DNA of 64,000 bases from Basidiobolus meristosporus CBS 931.73 (taxonomy: Eukaryota > Fungi > Basidiobolomycota). The notes beneath the pieces were generated by a model that saw only the letters and a list, made by a program, of their open reading frames with translations, did no database searches and was not told the DNA's origin. Shown here piece by piece: positions 49,253 to 61,922 of this stretch. The stretch covers positions 1-64,000 of the forward strand of contig MCFE01000347.1 of the NCBI GenBank assembly GCA_002104905.1, written 5' to 3'. The stretch's first letter is position 1; each line of letters opens with the position of its first letter. The translations under genes were made by a program, and so were the position numbers.

Positions 49253-52200
49253 TGTGGTGGTGTAGAAGTACTCCTGGGAGAAGCTACACAACTCAAGGTG
49301 TGTGAGGTGTCTGATGGGTGCAATAACCACTGTGTCTAAACTGCTGTTGTCTTGGTCAATATGTCACTATGGTAAAAGCTCCTGCTTCTCTAGCTTCCTA
49401 GGCGCTCCAAGTGTCTCCAAAGGCCTCTGTGTGTCTTGTGCACTACCCTGAAAAGCTCCTTGATGGCAGGTCTGAGATGTACTGTTGTAGGCAGGTGCAG
49501 TGATCAACTACTAATCAATAAGGGAGAAGTGTTACTGATAGAAGGGATGATTTATTGATGAGGGATTGCTTTCCCTTAAATACTTTTCCTGATTGCCAAG
49601 TGATTACTAATGACAAGGTTCTAGAAGATTCTAGGTATCAGTGGAATTCTTGATGACATCACTGTGAGCTAAAAATATGCCAAGAATGTCCTGGAAGGTT
49701 CTAAAAGGCACAGCACTTTCAACTAATCAGGAATCAGTAGTCTGAAACCTTTGCAACATAGAAATACCATATATGGTATTGAAATGGAGGGATGGTAAAA
49801 CAGACCTAGGTCATGTGTCACAGGTACTGACGTGGGTACTTGCCTTATATAGATACATCTACTGATCACAAAGCTGAATAACATCTGGGATAACTAATGC
49901 TAATCACTAATCAGGGTAAACATCATATGGGGATAATACTGATAATATGGGCAAAAGAAGAATGGGATCATACTGATAAGATAAAATATGGATAAGTATA
50001 TCATAATGACTATATAAGTAAACTTGTCTGCGGGAGGTATGTTTACCCTACCACATCCACCCCCCACTTGAGCTAAAAAGTTTCAGGGAACTTTTTAGCT
50101 AACCACTGTAAGTTTGGAGAACAAAGTGCTCTCTCAGTCTTCCTCAATGAAGCCACCTGTCCTTTCTTGGGATAGAAATCTACATGATGTCATTGATCGG
50201 ATATTGTTTGAGTCCACACCACAGAAGGTTGCTGTTAGTCCTGGGCTCTCTGAGTATATAGTATACCATGCTGAACCATCTGGGTAGTTCACTGCAGTTG
50301 CTCTTGCTTTTACCTCCCATGATCTTCCAAGAAGTAATTCAAAGTTAGCCTTTGCACAAATGAATACTGGGATCTCATGGGGTATTCCCTCAATGATGAG
50401 AGGGAAGCTGTGAAGAATTCCCAAAAGCTTTGATTGCCCTGAGTTGGCATCCTTCATGCTCCAATTGATATTGGTGTCTATGGGCAATAGGTCTTTGCAT
50501 GGTAGTTGTTTCCAAGCCTCCAAAGGCATCACACATATCTCAGATCCACTGTCTATATGACATAGGATTTCTTGATTATGCACAGTTCCTGTAGTTGTTG
50601 CAGTTGCCACTGAGTAGTAGTGTTTGTGGCTTTGATGCAGCTTACTGGTATCTTGGCTTCCTTGAACTGTCCTGACCTGGTTACCTTGAGTTGCTTCAAT
50701 TGGATGCTTTCTTATTCTGATGTGCTCATCCAGAGTCTTTCTTACAGATGGTGATACACTAAGTAGCTCTCCAACCTTGATTGATATGTTGCTTCCTAGT
50801 ATATGACTTGTCAGAGCCTTTGGGGTACCATTTTGCTTGACTCTAGGCTGCATGTGGTAGTTGTTGGCCTTGGCAGACTTCTGTAAAATTAATGGGGGTG
50901 ATGCTTTCTTCTCAATCACAACTTCTGGCTTGCATCTTGGTACTTTTGTTGCTGGGCCTGGATTAGCCATTTTTCAGGATGGTGTCTCTTTGAAGCATAA
51001 ATTGAAGTTATATGATCCTGGGCCTCTTTGGGGTCCTCATAGTCAAAGTTCAGAACTTCAGCTGGATATAATTTCTCTTGGAATGGTTGGCAGAGTCACA
51101 CCACAAGCATGTATATTTGACTTCTTTTTCTCCTGGCTTCTGCCCATATGCTTTGCTGGTGAGTAGCAAAGAGAGTTTCTCTAGTTGCTGTGTCAGCTCC
51201 TGAATTTGAGAGCTTTGATTACTGGGATTAAGTAAGTCTTGGCTATCTTGGTTTTATGCTGAGCTTGAAAGAAGCTTTCTGATTGGTGAGGTTTCTTCAG
51301 GGGCAAGTAGAATCTGCTTAGCTAACTGAAATGCAGGCAGTGAACTCATAACTTTCACAGTAGGATTGTTTTCAATCCTTCTCACCAGGTCTTCTGGAAG
51401 TGCTCTGAGAAGATAGGCAGTTAAAGTGAGATCAGTGATAACTCCTTGGACTTTCAGTGACTCTCAATTTGCTCAAGGCCACTCAAGTATTCTTTCAGTG
51501 GTAGCAGCTTAAACTTGCTATAAGCAAAGTTCTCCAAATCATTAAGTGTGTAGTCAACTTGTCTCTCTCCATATTCATCAATCAAGTAGTTCTTCAAGAG
51601 TGTCCAATTTGTTAGCAGATCATTTCTTTCATATAATGAGCGCATGATCTCATCAGCACTGTAAGGGGGCATCTCTTCAGCCATAATGGCCTCAGGTATT
51701 TTGTGGGCTCTGTAGAAAAGCTTTCACCACTTGATGAAAGCTTTAACTTTAGTTCCATCAAAGAAAGGGGTTCCTTGCATTCCTGGTAAAGGTAGATCAA
51801 TGGTCTTGTAATTTGTTCTTTCTTAAGTCTTCTAGGGGCAGTTCAGTCAAACCCCCCACGTTGGGTGCCAAATATGTGGTGGTGTAGAGGTACTCCTGGG
51901 AGAAGCTACACAACTCAAGGTGTGTGAGGTGTCTGATGGGTGCAATAACCACTGTGTCTAAACTGCTGTTGTCTTGGTCAATATGTCACTATGGCAAAAG
52001 CTCCTGCTTCTCTAGCTTCCTAGGTGCTCCAAGTGTCTCCAAAGGCCTCTGTGTGTCTTGTGCACTACCCTGAAAAGCTCCTTGATGGCAGGTCTGAGAT
52101 GTACTGTTGAAGGCAGGTGCAGTGATCAACTGCTAATCAATAAGGGAGAAGTGTTACTGATAGAAGGGATGATTTATTGATGAGGGATTGCTTTCCCTTA

Positions 52201-52678
52201 AATACTTTTCCTGATTGCCAAGTGATTACTAATGACAAGGTTCTAGAAGATTCTAGGTATCAGTGGAATTCTTGATGACATTGCTGTGAGCTAAAAATAT
52301 GCCAAGAATGTCCTGGAAGGTTCTAAAAGGCACAGCACTTTTAACCAATCAGGAATCAGTAGTCTGAAACCTGTGCAACATAGAAATACCATATATGGTA
52401 TTGTAATGGTAGGGATGGTAACACAGACCTAGGTCATGTATCATAGGTGCTGACATGGGTACTTGCCTTGTATAGATATATCTACTGATCACAAAGCTGA
52501 ATAACATCTGGGGTAACTAATGCTAATAACTAATCAGGGCAAACATCATATGGGGATAATACTGATAATATGGGCAAAAGAAGAATGGGATAATACTGAT
52601 AAGATAAAATATGGATAAATATATCATAATGACTATATGAGTAAACCTGTCTGTAGGAGGTATGTTTACCCTACCACA
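49253..52678 (-). mobile_element. Non-autonomous LTR retroelement (family A) encoding decayed gag and aspartic protease only
   Basis: LTRs 52678-51875 and 50055-49253, TSD CCGC/CCGC. PBS TGGCACCCAACGTGGGG next to the 5' LTR and G-rich PPT at 50056-50070. Gag PFFDG motif, decayed zinc knuckle CLWCDSANH and protease CHIDSGSEI (ORF 50134-50970). No RT, RNase H or integrase. Confidence 0.9.
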
Positions 52679-53828
52679 CCGCTTCTGGATAAATATTCCG
52701 ACAATGTCCAATATGAATCCCTATACTTCCAATGTACTTTTGGTAGGAGTGGCTTCAGAACACCACTTGAATAAATACATATCCAGTTCATCCAGTCTTT
52801 GCATTTGTATTGTTGCGTTTGCATATGAATATTAATTGGAGCCCATGAGAAGTACTTAGGGTAGCAGATACTCTGTAATATCTTGCCAATTCTTTCAAAT
52901 TTCTCCAGTATCTTGAAGGGCTCATTTAGCTTGAAATGTCCCATGTACAACTTGGTCATCAGTATAGGGATATTGTTGAAAAGCAAGTGCATTGCTCCTA
53001 GTGGAAAGCTTTTGCTCCAACAGATACTCTCTATCTTAAGTATCTCCGCTTTCCAATTGGTACCATATTCTGGCTGATGGCTTATAGATTGCCAACTTTG
53101 CTGCAATTGCATGCTTACTTCTGTACGTTCTCTCTGTGGAAAGATGATGTTCTTAGTGCTGGTGTTTGGGTAATATTGATATGTGTGAGTTATAGAGTAA
53201 ATCCCCTGGAACCCACACATTTGACAGCAATACCATCCATTGTGCCTGGAAAAACCTGCTATCTTGCTGATGGCAGGGGTATCTCCAATGCAGATAATAA
53301 TAGGCACTTTAACATGACGGCCATTTACGATTATCCTGCTGGAAAGCACACAAAATTCATCCAGCAATGGATACAGGTAGCTATCCAGGTTGGATGGTGA
53401 TTTAGGCCCAGATACCAATGAGACTACCATCAGATTATTGCTCCAATACCGTAAGATGGGAAGCAGATTCAGATTGATGAGAATCAGTGGCCAGCAGGAT
53501 TTGCTGGCAGAGTACTTGTTTAATGAGAATCCATCAAGTGCTAAAGCAAAAGCATGGTCACACATACCTTAAAAGTAGCCCTTGCTTCTTAGCTGTTTGT
53601 AGTGTTTGCCATCAAATATATTGCATATGTTTGTGCTTGATTGATAAAGAGTGTGGTACTTTATAGCTTTGCAATATTTGTTAGACTGCTTGAGCTTCCT
53701 CAGATGGGATATGACCGGAATATATCTGGAGTGTGAACAATGTTTTCCCTCAATTGTGGTGGATTCCTGACCACTTGGGCACATTGCAATGGTAGCATTT
53801 TTGGATGTGAATGCCATGCAACTGTTAA
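52666..53828 (-). pseudogene. Tnp2/Transposase_21-type catalytic core of the outer CACTA copy
   Basis: FDGKHY, ALALDGF...SCWPLILINLNL, GPKSPSNLDSYLYPLLDE, GDTPAISKIAG...CCQMC, MHLL and WMNW motifs. The third catalytic motif (PMERMCG) lies beyond the LTR element, at about 49050. Confidence 0.88.
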
Positions 53829-54359
53829 TGTCATGATCACATGATAACCATGAACACCCATGCCAAGTTTCAGCTTCCCAGCTCAATTTCTAAGAGATTC
53901 CTTCCGGAACCTTCTACCACCTTCCAGAAAGTTCCTGACCATTCCAAACCATTGTTACACAATGGAACATTCCATGGAAGCTTTCCATCGTATTTTTTAT
54001 AGTCCAGTACCATATATGGAAATACCAGGTCACATGACTTAGTCACATGATCAGGTGACCCAATACATTTCCCCATCCTGTCTCAGTACCATGTCATCTA
54101 TGTCATTATCCCCAGCACCATTGCTGTGCCTCACCCCACAACCCCATTAGTATTAGCTAACATCTCTCGGCATCAATATAGCCAAAAAGTATATATAGTC
54201 CTATCCCCCCTTAAGTATTCCTCAGTCTGATAAACACAGGTCTTGAATAAACAGCCTTGCCTTGGAAATCCGCCTTGCCTTGTTGATCCACACCTAAGTC
54301 CTTTCCTGGTCCTGCCTTGCCTAGCTCTACTCTCCTGCCTTGTGTCTATTCATAATAGT

Positions 54360-54370
54360 TTTATCAGACT
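54360..54370 (+). other. Self-priming primer-binding site
   Basis: TTTATCAGACT just after the 5' LTR is the exact reverse complement of AGTCTGATAAA at 54224-54234 inside the LTR, about 30 bp downstream of a TATATATA box. Confidence 0.8.
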
Positions 54371-54763
54371 CTCCTGACTTACCTGTGGATCCCTGCCTTC
54401 TGCCCAAAGTTTGAAGAAAACTTGTAAAAGGAATACTCACCGTAAGTATCACCCATCATCTTTCCCTAGTCTTGTCCTATAAAGGCAAAGATACTTTATC
54501 TTTGTAAAACTATTGGTCAAAGCTGCATTCACTTTATTACCCTGCTGGTGGAGTTTACAGTTGTTACAGTATTGGAAGCTTTAGTACAATACTCTATCAA
54601 AGGACGTTGAAACCAGTACCTTCTGAAGTGACGCTAACTTATTTAAGTTGGGGATTGTGGCTCAATAGTTGTATTCTTGACATACTAGTGGCTTTACAAA
54701 CCCACAACCTAGTTTAGTATATTCCAGTATTCCTTGCAAGTTCATCCGCCTTCCTCTGCTACC

Positions 54764-55696
54764 ATGTCCAACCTAGAGCTGAACTTTGCCCAGCTCATGG
54801 CTGCCTTTACTCAACTGCAGCAAGACCATACAGACCTCAGAAACACTCTTGCTCAGTTCCAGAACCAAAGTGTCCAGCAAACTAGCCATGTCCCAGTCTA
54901 CCAAGAACCCAAGTATACTCCTGCTACCAAGTTCAATGGCTCTCAGAATGAATTCCGTGGCTTCATCAACATGGTGAAGAACAATCTTGCACTCCAGCCC
55001 AACCGGTACCCCACTGACCAGGCCAAAGTTGGGTTCATCTCCAACCTGCTTACTGGTACAGCTCTCAAGTGGTTCTCCCCATTAGTGGAGACCAACTCTC
55101 CCCTACTCAGAGACTACCAAGCCTTTCTCACTGAAATGGAGCTAACATTTGGTAACCTTGACCAAGCCAGAACTGCTGCCAACAAGATCAAGACCCTCAA
55201 GCAAGGGAACAAGCCAGCATCAGTCTATGCCTCAGAATTCCGACAACTCTCCAGTGACCTCAGCTCCTGGGGTCAAGCAGCCTTGATTAGCCAATTTCAA
55301 GATGGCCTCAATGATGAAGTGTGTGATCTGCTACTCACACTCCCAGATCCGGATACATTGGTTGAAGCTATGCACCAGGCAATCCGGTGTGATAACAGAC
55401 TATTCCAGAAGAAGCAAAAGAACCATCAAAGACACATTCCTGTTGCATTCCCAGCTCCTCCTGCTCCCCAAGTCACTCCAGAAGATCCTATGCAGATTGA
55501 TAGTGCCAAATACAAGAAACTATCAAAGAGTGAAAAGTCCAGACGTCAACAAGCCAACCTCTGTCTATACTGTGGCCAACCAGGTCACTTTGCCAAGTCC
55601 TGCCCCAACAAGAAGTCCAGCTTCAAGCTGATGCAGTCCTCCAGCAACCAACCTGATCCAGATCTGTCGGGAAACTCCAATGTCCAGTTGCACTGA
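54764..55696 (+). CDS. Ty3/Gypsy Gag
   Basis: [12 protein letters not shown], retrotrans_gag-like core, LKQG...YASEF, FQDGLN and zinc knuckle [14 protein letters not shown]. Confidence 0.93.
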   Translation: MSNLELNFAQLMAAFTQLQQDHTDLRNTLAQFQNQSVQQTSHVPVYQEPKYTPATKFNGSQNEFRGFINMVKNNLALQPNRYPTDQAKVGFISNLLTGTALKWFSPLVETNSPLLRDYQAFLTEMELTFGNLDQARTAANKIKTLKQGNKPASVYASEFRQLSSDLSSWGQAALISQFQDGLNDEVCDLLLTLPDPDTLVEAMHQAIRCDNRLFQKKQKNHQRHIPVAFPAPPAPQVTPEDPMQIDSAKYKKLSKSEKSRRQQANLCLYCGQPGHFAKSCPNKKSSFKLMQSSSNQPDPDLSGNSNVQLH

Positions 55697-55712
55697 CAGG
55701 CTTGCAACTGGA
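55669..55712 (+). other. Programmed -1 ribosomal frameshift signal
   Basis: G-GGA-AAC slippery heptamer (55669-55675) in the gag frame, a 7-nt spacer, then a perfect 10-bp stem TCCAGTTGCA (55683-55692) / TGCAACTGGA (55703-55712). Pol is in the -1 frame. Confidence 0.88.
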
Positions 55713-58700
55713 CCCACCCATGAAAATCCAGCATATCCAAGAATCTTCCTTCGCCACAAAATCTATACAGTCCTTGAGAATGCCTGTCAAAATCCAGATC
55801 CCTGACTCCAGTCCTGTCCCAGCCCTAGCCCTGATTGATTCCGGTGCTTCATCCTGTTTCATTGACCAAGCCTTTGTCCAGAAGCACTCTATTCCTGTTA
55901 CCTTGAAATCCTGTCCAGTCCAAGTAGAAGTTATTGATGGAAGATCACTCTCCTCTGGTGCCGTTACCCATGAAACATGCTTACTCCAGCTGTCCAGTAC
56001 TGCCCACCAAGAAAGAATTGCCTTCAACATCATCAACTCACCCTACTACCCTATTGTGCTTGGAAGCTCATGGTTGAGCTACCACAATCCAAGTATTGAT
56101 TGGAAATCCAAGATCCTGTCATTCACCAGATCCCACCAAGTCAACTCCATGAAATCTCCAGACCCTGATAACCGTGAAAAGACGGTTGCCAACAGTTCAA
56201 CAGCCCAAGATACCTTGCCAGCTGAAGGAGCCCCCTCAGCAACTATACCAGCCAAGTACCAAGAGTTTGCCCATGTCTTTGACAAGAAGAAAGCAGAACT
56301 CCTCCCTGACCATTGGCCTTATGACTGCCCTATTGACCTTGAAGATGGAAAAGTCCCTCCATTTGGCCCAATATATAACCTCTCCCAGCCGGAGTTGAAA
56401 GAACTCCATGGTTATATTCAAGAAAACCTCCAGAAGGGTTTTATTCAGCACTCCAAATCACCTGCTGGAGCCCCAATCCTCTTTGTCAAGAAGAAGGATG
56501 GCACCCTCAGAATGTGTGTGGACTACCGTGCTTTGAATAAGATCACAGTCAAGAACCGCTACCCCCTGCCCCTGATCAATACACTGTTGGATCAGCTATC
56601 TGCTGCCCAAGTCTTCACCAAGATAGACTTGAGAGGAGCTTACAATCTTGTCAGAATCAAGCCTGGTGATGAATGGAAAACTGCCTTTCGCACAAGATAT
56701 GGCCACTTTGAATACAAAGTAATGCCATTTGGCCTCACCAATGCCCCTGCTGTGTTTCAACACCTCATGAATGACATATTCCGTGAATACCTTGACCATT
56801 TTGTGGTAATCTACCTTGATGATATTCTCATATACTCCAAGAGCCAAGATGAACATGATGAACATGTCAAGAAAGTATTGAGAAAACTAGACTCTGCCGG
56901 TCTCTATGCCAAGCTAGAGAAGTGTGAATTTGACCAGAGAGAAGTGGAATTTCTTGGTTATCTCATCAGCCCTGAGGGAACAAGAATGGACCCAAAGAAA
57001 GTTGACTCAGTCCAATCCTGGAAAACTCCAAGCTCAGTCAAGGAAGTACAATCCTTCCTGGGATTTGCCAACTTCTATTGCAGGTTCATAGCCAACTACT
57101 CCAAGATAGTCACCCCTCTGACAAAGCTTACCCAGAAGAACACACCTTTTGCCTGGAATGAGGAGCAATCCAGCTCATTCAACCAACTCAAGAAATCTTT
57201 CCTGAAGGCCCCCCTGCTTGCCCACCCTGACCTTGAGAAGCAATTCATAGTGGAGACTGATGCTTCTGATTTTGCCCTTGGTGCCATACTCTCCCAGTAT
57301 GATGAGGACAATGTGTTGCACCCCATTGCATTCTACTCTCGGAAGTTTTCCCCTGCAGAGATCAACTATGATATCTATGATAAGGAGTTGCTTGCCATCA
57401 TTGTAGCCTTTGAGCAATGGAGACACTACCTGGACGGTGCAAAACACAAAATCAAAGTCTTCTGTGACCATAAGAACCTTGAGTACTTTACAACTTCCAA
57501 AGTACTAAACCGGAGACAAGCCAGATGGTCACTCTTCCTGTCCAGCTTTGACTTTACTATCACCTATAGACCTGGTGCAAAGCAAGGAAAGCCTGATGCC
57601 CTGTCCAGAAAAAAGGAATATGCCCTGGAAGAGGGAGATGATGCCTGTCGGCAAATGGAACACCTATTGCTGAGCAAGAAACATTTTGAGATTCTTGCCA
57701 CCCAGTCCTCAAGTCTTGTCATCCCTTCATTCCTAGTAAGGATATCAGAATCCCAAGCCTCTGATATGACTTCCAGCACCATCAAGAAATATCTGGAATC
57801 CCCAGTTGGGCCCCCTCCCAAGTTCCCAAACATCCAGAACCTGCATTTGGTAAACAACCTCATCTACCACAAGCAGCAGCTTTATGTCCCAGACCTTGCC
57901 ACCCAGCTAGACATCATTAAGTCTCGGCATGATTCAATGGCTGCAGGCCACTTTGGTACTGCCAAAACCTTGAATGCTATCAAAAGAGATTTCTGGTGGC
58001 CTAGAATGATAACTCTTATCAAAGAGTACATTCTGACTTGTGATATCTGCAACCGTGCAAAACCAGCCAGACACCAGCCCTATGGACTTCTTCAACCCCT
58101 GCCTATCCCAGAACACCAATGGAGATCTATATCTATGGACTTCATTACTGACCTCCCTGAGTCATGTGGCTTCAATGCTATACTTGTAGTGGCTGACCGG
58201 CTGACCAAGATGGCTCACTTCATCCCTTGCTGTAAGAACACTGATGCAAAAGAAACTGCTGCTTTAGTCCTGAAGAATATTTTCCGCCTTCATGGTATCC
58301 CCAGTGATATTGTGTCAGATAGAGGCCCACAGTTTGTGTCCAAGTTTTGGAAACACTTCATGCAATACCTTGGTGTTCAAGTCAAGCTCTCTACTGCCTT
58401 CCATCCACAGTCTGATGGCCAGACTGAAAGAATCAACCAGATTCTGGAGCAATACCTCCGGTGCTATATCAATTACCAGCAAGACAATTGGGTTGACCTA
58501 CTCCCTGTTGCTGAGTTTGCCTACAACAACTCAAGTCATAGTGCAACCGGTTTTACACCATTCTATGCAAACTATGGATTCCACCCTCAGTTTGATATCC
58601 AGATTCCAACAAACCCAATGAGCCCACATGCGGCTGAACATGCCCAAGCAATCCAGGACATCCAGAGCACTCTCAAGGAAGAGCTATCCTTAGCTCAGGA

Positions 58701-59217
58701 AAGCTACAAGAAATTTGCCAATCTAAAACGGCATCCCAGCCCTGATCTTAATGAAGGAGATTCTGTATGGTTGCTCAGAAGAAACATCAGCACCAACCGC
58801 CCTTGTGACAAGTTGGATTTCAAGAAACTTGGTCCCTTCAAGATCAAGAAGAAGCTTAGCCCTATAGTATATCAGCTACAGTTACCAGCAAGTATGAAAA
58901 TCCATGATACTTTCCATGTGTCCCTCCTGGAGCCATATTATAGGAACACATTGCCAAACCGGCAAGAAGCAAAGCCCCAAGCTATCCAGGTTGACCAACA
59001 TCAAGAATTTGAAGTTAAACAGATTCTAGACTCCAAGTATATCCGGTCAAAGCTGTACTACTTAGTAGACTGGATTGGTTATGGCCCAAGTGACCAAACA
59101 TGGGAACCAGCTACACATCTTGCTAATTGTCACGAACTAGTTACCCAGTTCCACCAACAATATCCTGCAAAACCTGCCCCAAAGGGAAACAGAGCTCCGC
59201 CTGGAAGAGGAGAATAG
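55669..59217 (+). CDS. Ty3/Gypsy Pol (protease-RT-RNase H-integrase-chromodomain), reached by -1 frameshift
   Basis: [25 protein letters not shown] zinc finger, DFIT/SDRG/QTER integrase triad, GPF motif and chromodomain [17 protein letters not shown]. No stops. Confidence 0.96.
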   Translation, partial: GKLQCPVALTGLQLDPPMKIQHIQESSFATKSIQSLRMPVKIQIPDSSPVPALALIDSGASSCFIDQAFVQKHSIPVTLKSCPVQVEVIDGRSLSSGAVTHETCLLQLSSTAHQERIAFNIINSPYYPIVLGSSWLSYHNPSIDWKSKILSFTRSHQVNSMKSPDPDNREKTVANSSTAQDTLPAEGAPSATIPAKYQEFAHVFDKKKAELLPDHWPYDCPIDLEDGKVPPFGPIYNLSQPELKELHGYIQENLQKGFIQHSKSPAGAPILFVKKKDGTLRMCVDYRALNKITVKNRYPLPLINTLLDQLSAAQVFTKIDLRGAYNLVRIKPGDEWKTAFRTRYGHFEYKVMPFGLTNAPAVFQHLMNDIFREYLDHFVVIYLDDILIYSKSQDEHDEHVKKVLRKLDSAGLYAKLEKCEFDQREVEFLGYLISPEGTRMDPKKVDSVQSWKTPSSVKEVQSFLGFANFYCRFIANYSKIVTPLTKLTQKNTPFAWNEEQSSSFNQLKKSFLKAPLLAHPDLEKQFIVETDASDFALGAILSQYDEDNVLHPIAFYSRKFSPAEINYDIYDKELLAIIVAFEQWRHYLDGAKHKIKVFCDHKNLEYFTTSKVLNRRQARWSLFLSSFDFTITYRPGAKQGKPDALSRKKEYALEEGDDACRQMEHLLLSKKHFEILATQSSSLVIPSFLVRISESQASDMTSSTIKKYLESPVGPPPKFPNIQNLHLVNNLIYHKQQLYVPDLATQLDIIKSRHDSMAAGHFGTAKTLNAIKRDFWWPRMITLIKEYILTCDICNRAKPARHQPYGLLQPLPIPEHQWRSISMDFITDLPESCGFNAILVVADRLTKMAHFIPCCKNTDAKETAALVLKNIFRLHGIPSDIVSDRGPQFVSKFWKHFMQYLGVQVKLSTAFHPQSDGQTERINQILEQYLRCYINYQQDNWVDLLPVAEFAYNNSSHSATGFTPFYANYGFHPQFDIQIPTNPMSPHAAEHAQAIQDIQSTLKEELSLAQESYKKFANLKRHPSPDLNEGDSVWLLRRNISTNRPCDKLDFKKLGPFKIKKKLSPIVYQLQLPASMKIHDTFHVSLLEPYYRNTLPNRQEAKPQAIQVDQHQEFEVKQILDSKYIRSKLYYLVDWIGYGPSDQTWEPATHLANCHELVTQFHQQYPAKPAPKGNRAPPGRGE

Positions 59218-60179
59218 TGTCATGATCACATGACAACCATGAACACCCATGCCAAGTTTCAGCTTCCCAGCTCAATTTCTAAGAGATTCCTTCCGGAACC
59301 TTCTACCACCTTCCAGAAAGTTCCTGACCATTCCAAACCATTGTTACACAATGGAACATTCCATGGAAGCTTTCCATCGTATTTTTTAGTCACATGATCA
59401 GGTGACCCAATACATTTCCCCATCCTGTCTCAGTACCATGTCATCTATGTCATTATCCCCAGCACCATTGCTGTGCCTCACCCCACAACCCCATTAGTAT
59501 TAGCTAACATCTCTCGGCATCAATATAGCCAAAAAGTATATATAGTCCTATCCCCCCTTAAGTATTCCTCAGTCTGATAAACACAGGTCTTGAATAAACA
59601 GCCTTGCCTTGGAAATCCGCCTTGCCTTGTTGATCCACACCTAAGTCCTTTCCTGGTCCTGCCTTGCCTAGCTCTACTCTCCTGCCTTGTGTCTATTCAT
59701 AACAGTTAACACATGCTGGAGTCAGGACAGTATCTGGATCATTTGTTGCTAGCCACATGACAGTTGTACACTTGTACCATGTACATGGTAAGTTGCATCC
59801 TGGTATGATTTTGGCAAGAAGTAGTAATAAATCCCCAAAGCCCCCATTACTGATATAAGTGGAAATGCGCCACTTCTCTAGCCACAACATTACATCATTC
59901 ACCAGTAGATGGATTACTGGGCTCACTTGGCTCCACAAAGTATCCTTTGCATTTGCTTCAATGGGTGTTATCTCATTGCATATAGGGAGTTGACTGGGCT
60001 CATACGTGGTACTGTTGTTAGGGGAGATAGGGTCAAAGTCCATCAGTGAACCTTCTTTGTCAGAGCCATCACTCTGCATGCCATATTCAAAAGGCTGAGG
60101 TGAGCCTAAAGGCATCACAAACTCACCAGACTTAGTTTGTGCAAGGTGACAAAGATGGGCAGGTGCCAATATAGAAGTA

Positions 60180-61496
60180 CCTGCTGTTGTGCCTCAAAGA
60201 CTGTTTGGTGTTCCTCTGCTGTTACATTGGGAAATGGCTCAATTCTTGGCTGTGACATTGAGCTACTTGAGTTCCTTCTTTGCAGCAAAGATACTGCTTT
60301 CTCTACCTGGGATATTGATTGCTCTACACGTATTATCCACTCATCCTGTTTCAAGATTACTTCCTGATTTCTCTGGGCCATTGCATCTATCCTATCTGCC
60401 ACTGTACCTAATTGCTTCATTAATGCTTTGGTACAGGCTGACAACATACTTGCTAATATGGGTGGTGGTAATGTTATCATGTCCACTTGCTGATCTTCAA
60501 CTGAAGGTACTGCGTTGGCCACATTCACATCTGCCTGAGCATAACAGTCAGCTTGTGGCTCTGCAGAGGTTCTCAATTGCCTACTTGACTGAGAGCCTGA
60601 GGAGTCTGCACTATTATCTTCAATGGGCACATTGTCCACAGGGCTTTTTTTGGATGTAGCCCCGCTTGTTGCACAGAATATCAAAGCAAACTGTTGTCCA
60701 ACTGTTCTTCTATTGCCATCAGTGGTGGGGTTTGGTTGAGAACCAGACAACTTTGCTTTACTTTTTGGCGGCATATATATGGAAGTGAGTCAAACCTAAG
60801 AGGAAATAGTGTTACAAATACGTGTGTATGTGGTGCCACAACTTTATTTATAATGCTTACCATGGCAAGTCATCATTAAATCTTAAATTCATGTAGGTGC
60901 AATGTCTCAAATACAAGACTGCCTTAAGTTCACATGAGTATTGACCAAAAGGTGATATAATAGCATTATGTTGCTGAAGGTCAAGCTATTTGCCCCATGA
61001 ATAAGACTAATTTGACTCAACATCCCAAGAGAAGAGAAAAACAACCATGTGGCTATTGAGGCAAGCCTCTCAGTCATGAAGCATGCAGACAGCATATGAA
61101 GTATTACAAGGATCACAGCCAGTGTTTTGCCACACAAGTCATAGTTGACCATTCATTGGTCACTACTATACCAGCATTATCTTGTTGGCCAGTTGATACT
61201 TCTATATTGGCACCTGGCTGTCTTTGTCACCTTGCACAAACTGAGTTAGGTGAGTTTGTGGTGCCTTTAGGCTCACCTCAGCCTTCTGAATATGGCATGC
61301 AGAGTGATAGCTCTGACAAAGAAGGTTCACTGATGGACTTTGACCCTATCTCCCCTAACAGCAGTACCATGTATGGGCCCGGTCAAATCCCTATATGCAA
61401 TGAGATAACACCCATTGAAACAAATGCAAAGGATACTTTATGGAGCCAAGTGAGCCCAGTAATCCATCTACTGGTGAATGATTTAATGTTGTGGCT
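60180..61496. mobile_element. Inverted internal fragment of a third copy of the CACTA element, inserted into the outer transposase
   Basis: The outer copy breaks at GAAGTA|(T)GTATCAAC. The insert carries the 5' part of the accessory ORF (-), the intergenic spacer and the transposase 5' end (+), with no termini. Confidence 0.78.
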
Positions 61497-61922
61497 TGTA
61501 TCAACTGGCCAGCAAGTTAATGCTGGTACAGTGTTGACCAATGAATGGTCAAATATGACTTGTGTGGCAAAACACTGGCTGTGATCTTTGTAATACTTCA
61601 TATGCTGTCTGCATGCTTCATGGCTGAGAGGCTTGCCACAATAGCCACATGGTTGTTTTTCTCTTCTCTTAGGGTGTTGAGTCAAAGTAGTCTTATCCAT
61701 GGGGCAAACAGTTTGACCTTCAGCAACAAAATGCTATTATATCACTTTTTGGTCAATACTAATGTGAACTTAAGGCAGTCTTGTATTTGAGACATTGCAC
61801 CTATATGAATGTAAGATTCAATGATGACCCACCATGGTAAGCATTATAAATAAAGCTGTGCCACCACATACACACGTATATGTAACACTATTTCCTCTTA
61901 GGTTTGACTCACTTCCATATAT

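Larger units (their letters stand above)
53829..59704 (+). mobile_element. Full-length Ty3/Gypsy chromovirus
   Basis: LTRs 53829-54357 and 59218-59704, 5-bp TSD GTTAA/GTTAA, purine tract before 59218. Inserted within the PACVN|SCMAF codons of the outer transposase. Confidence 0.97.
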
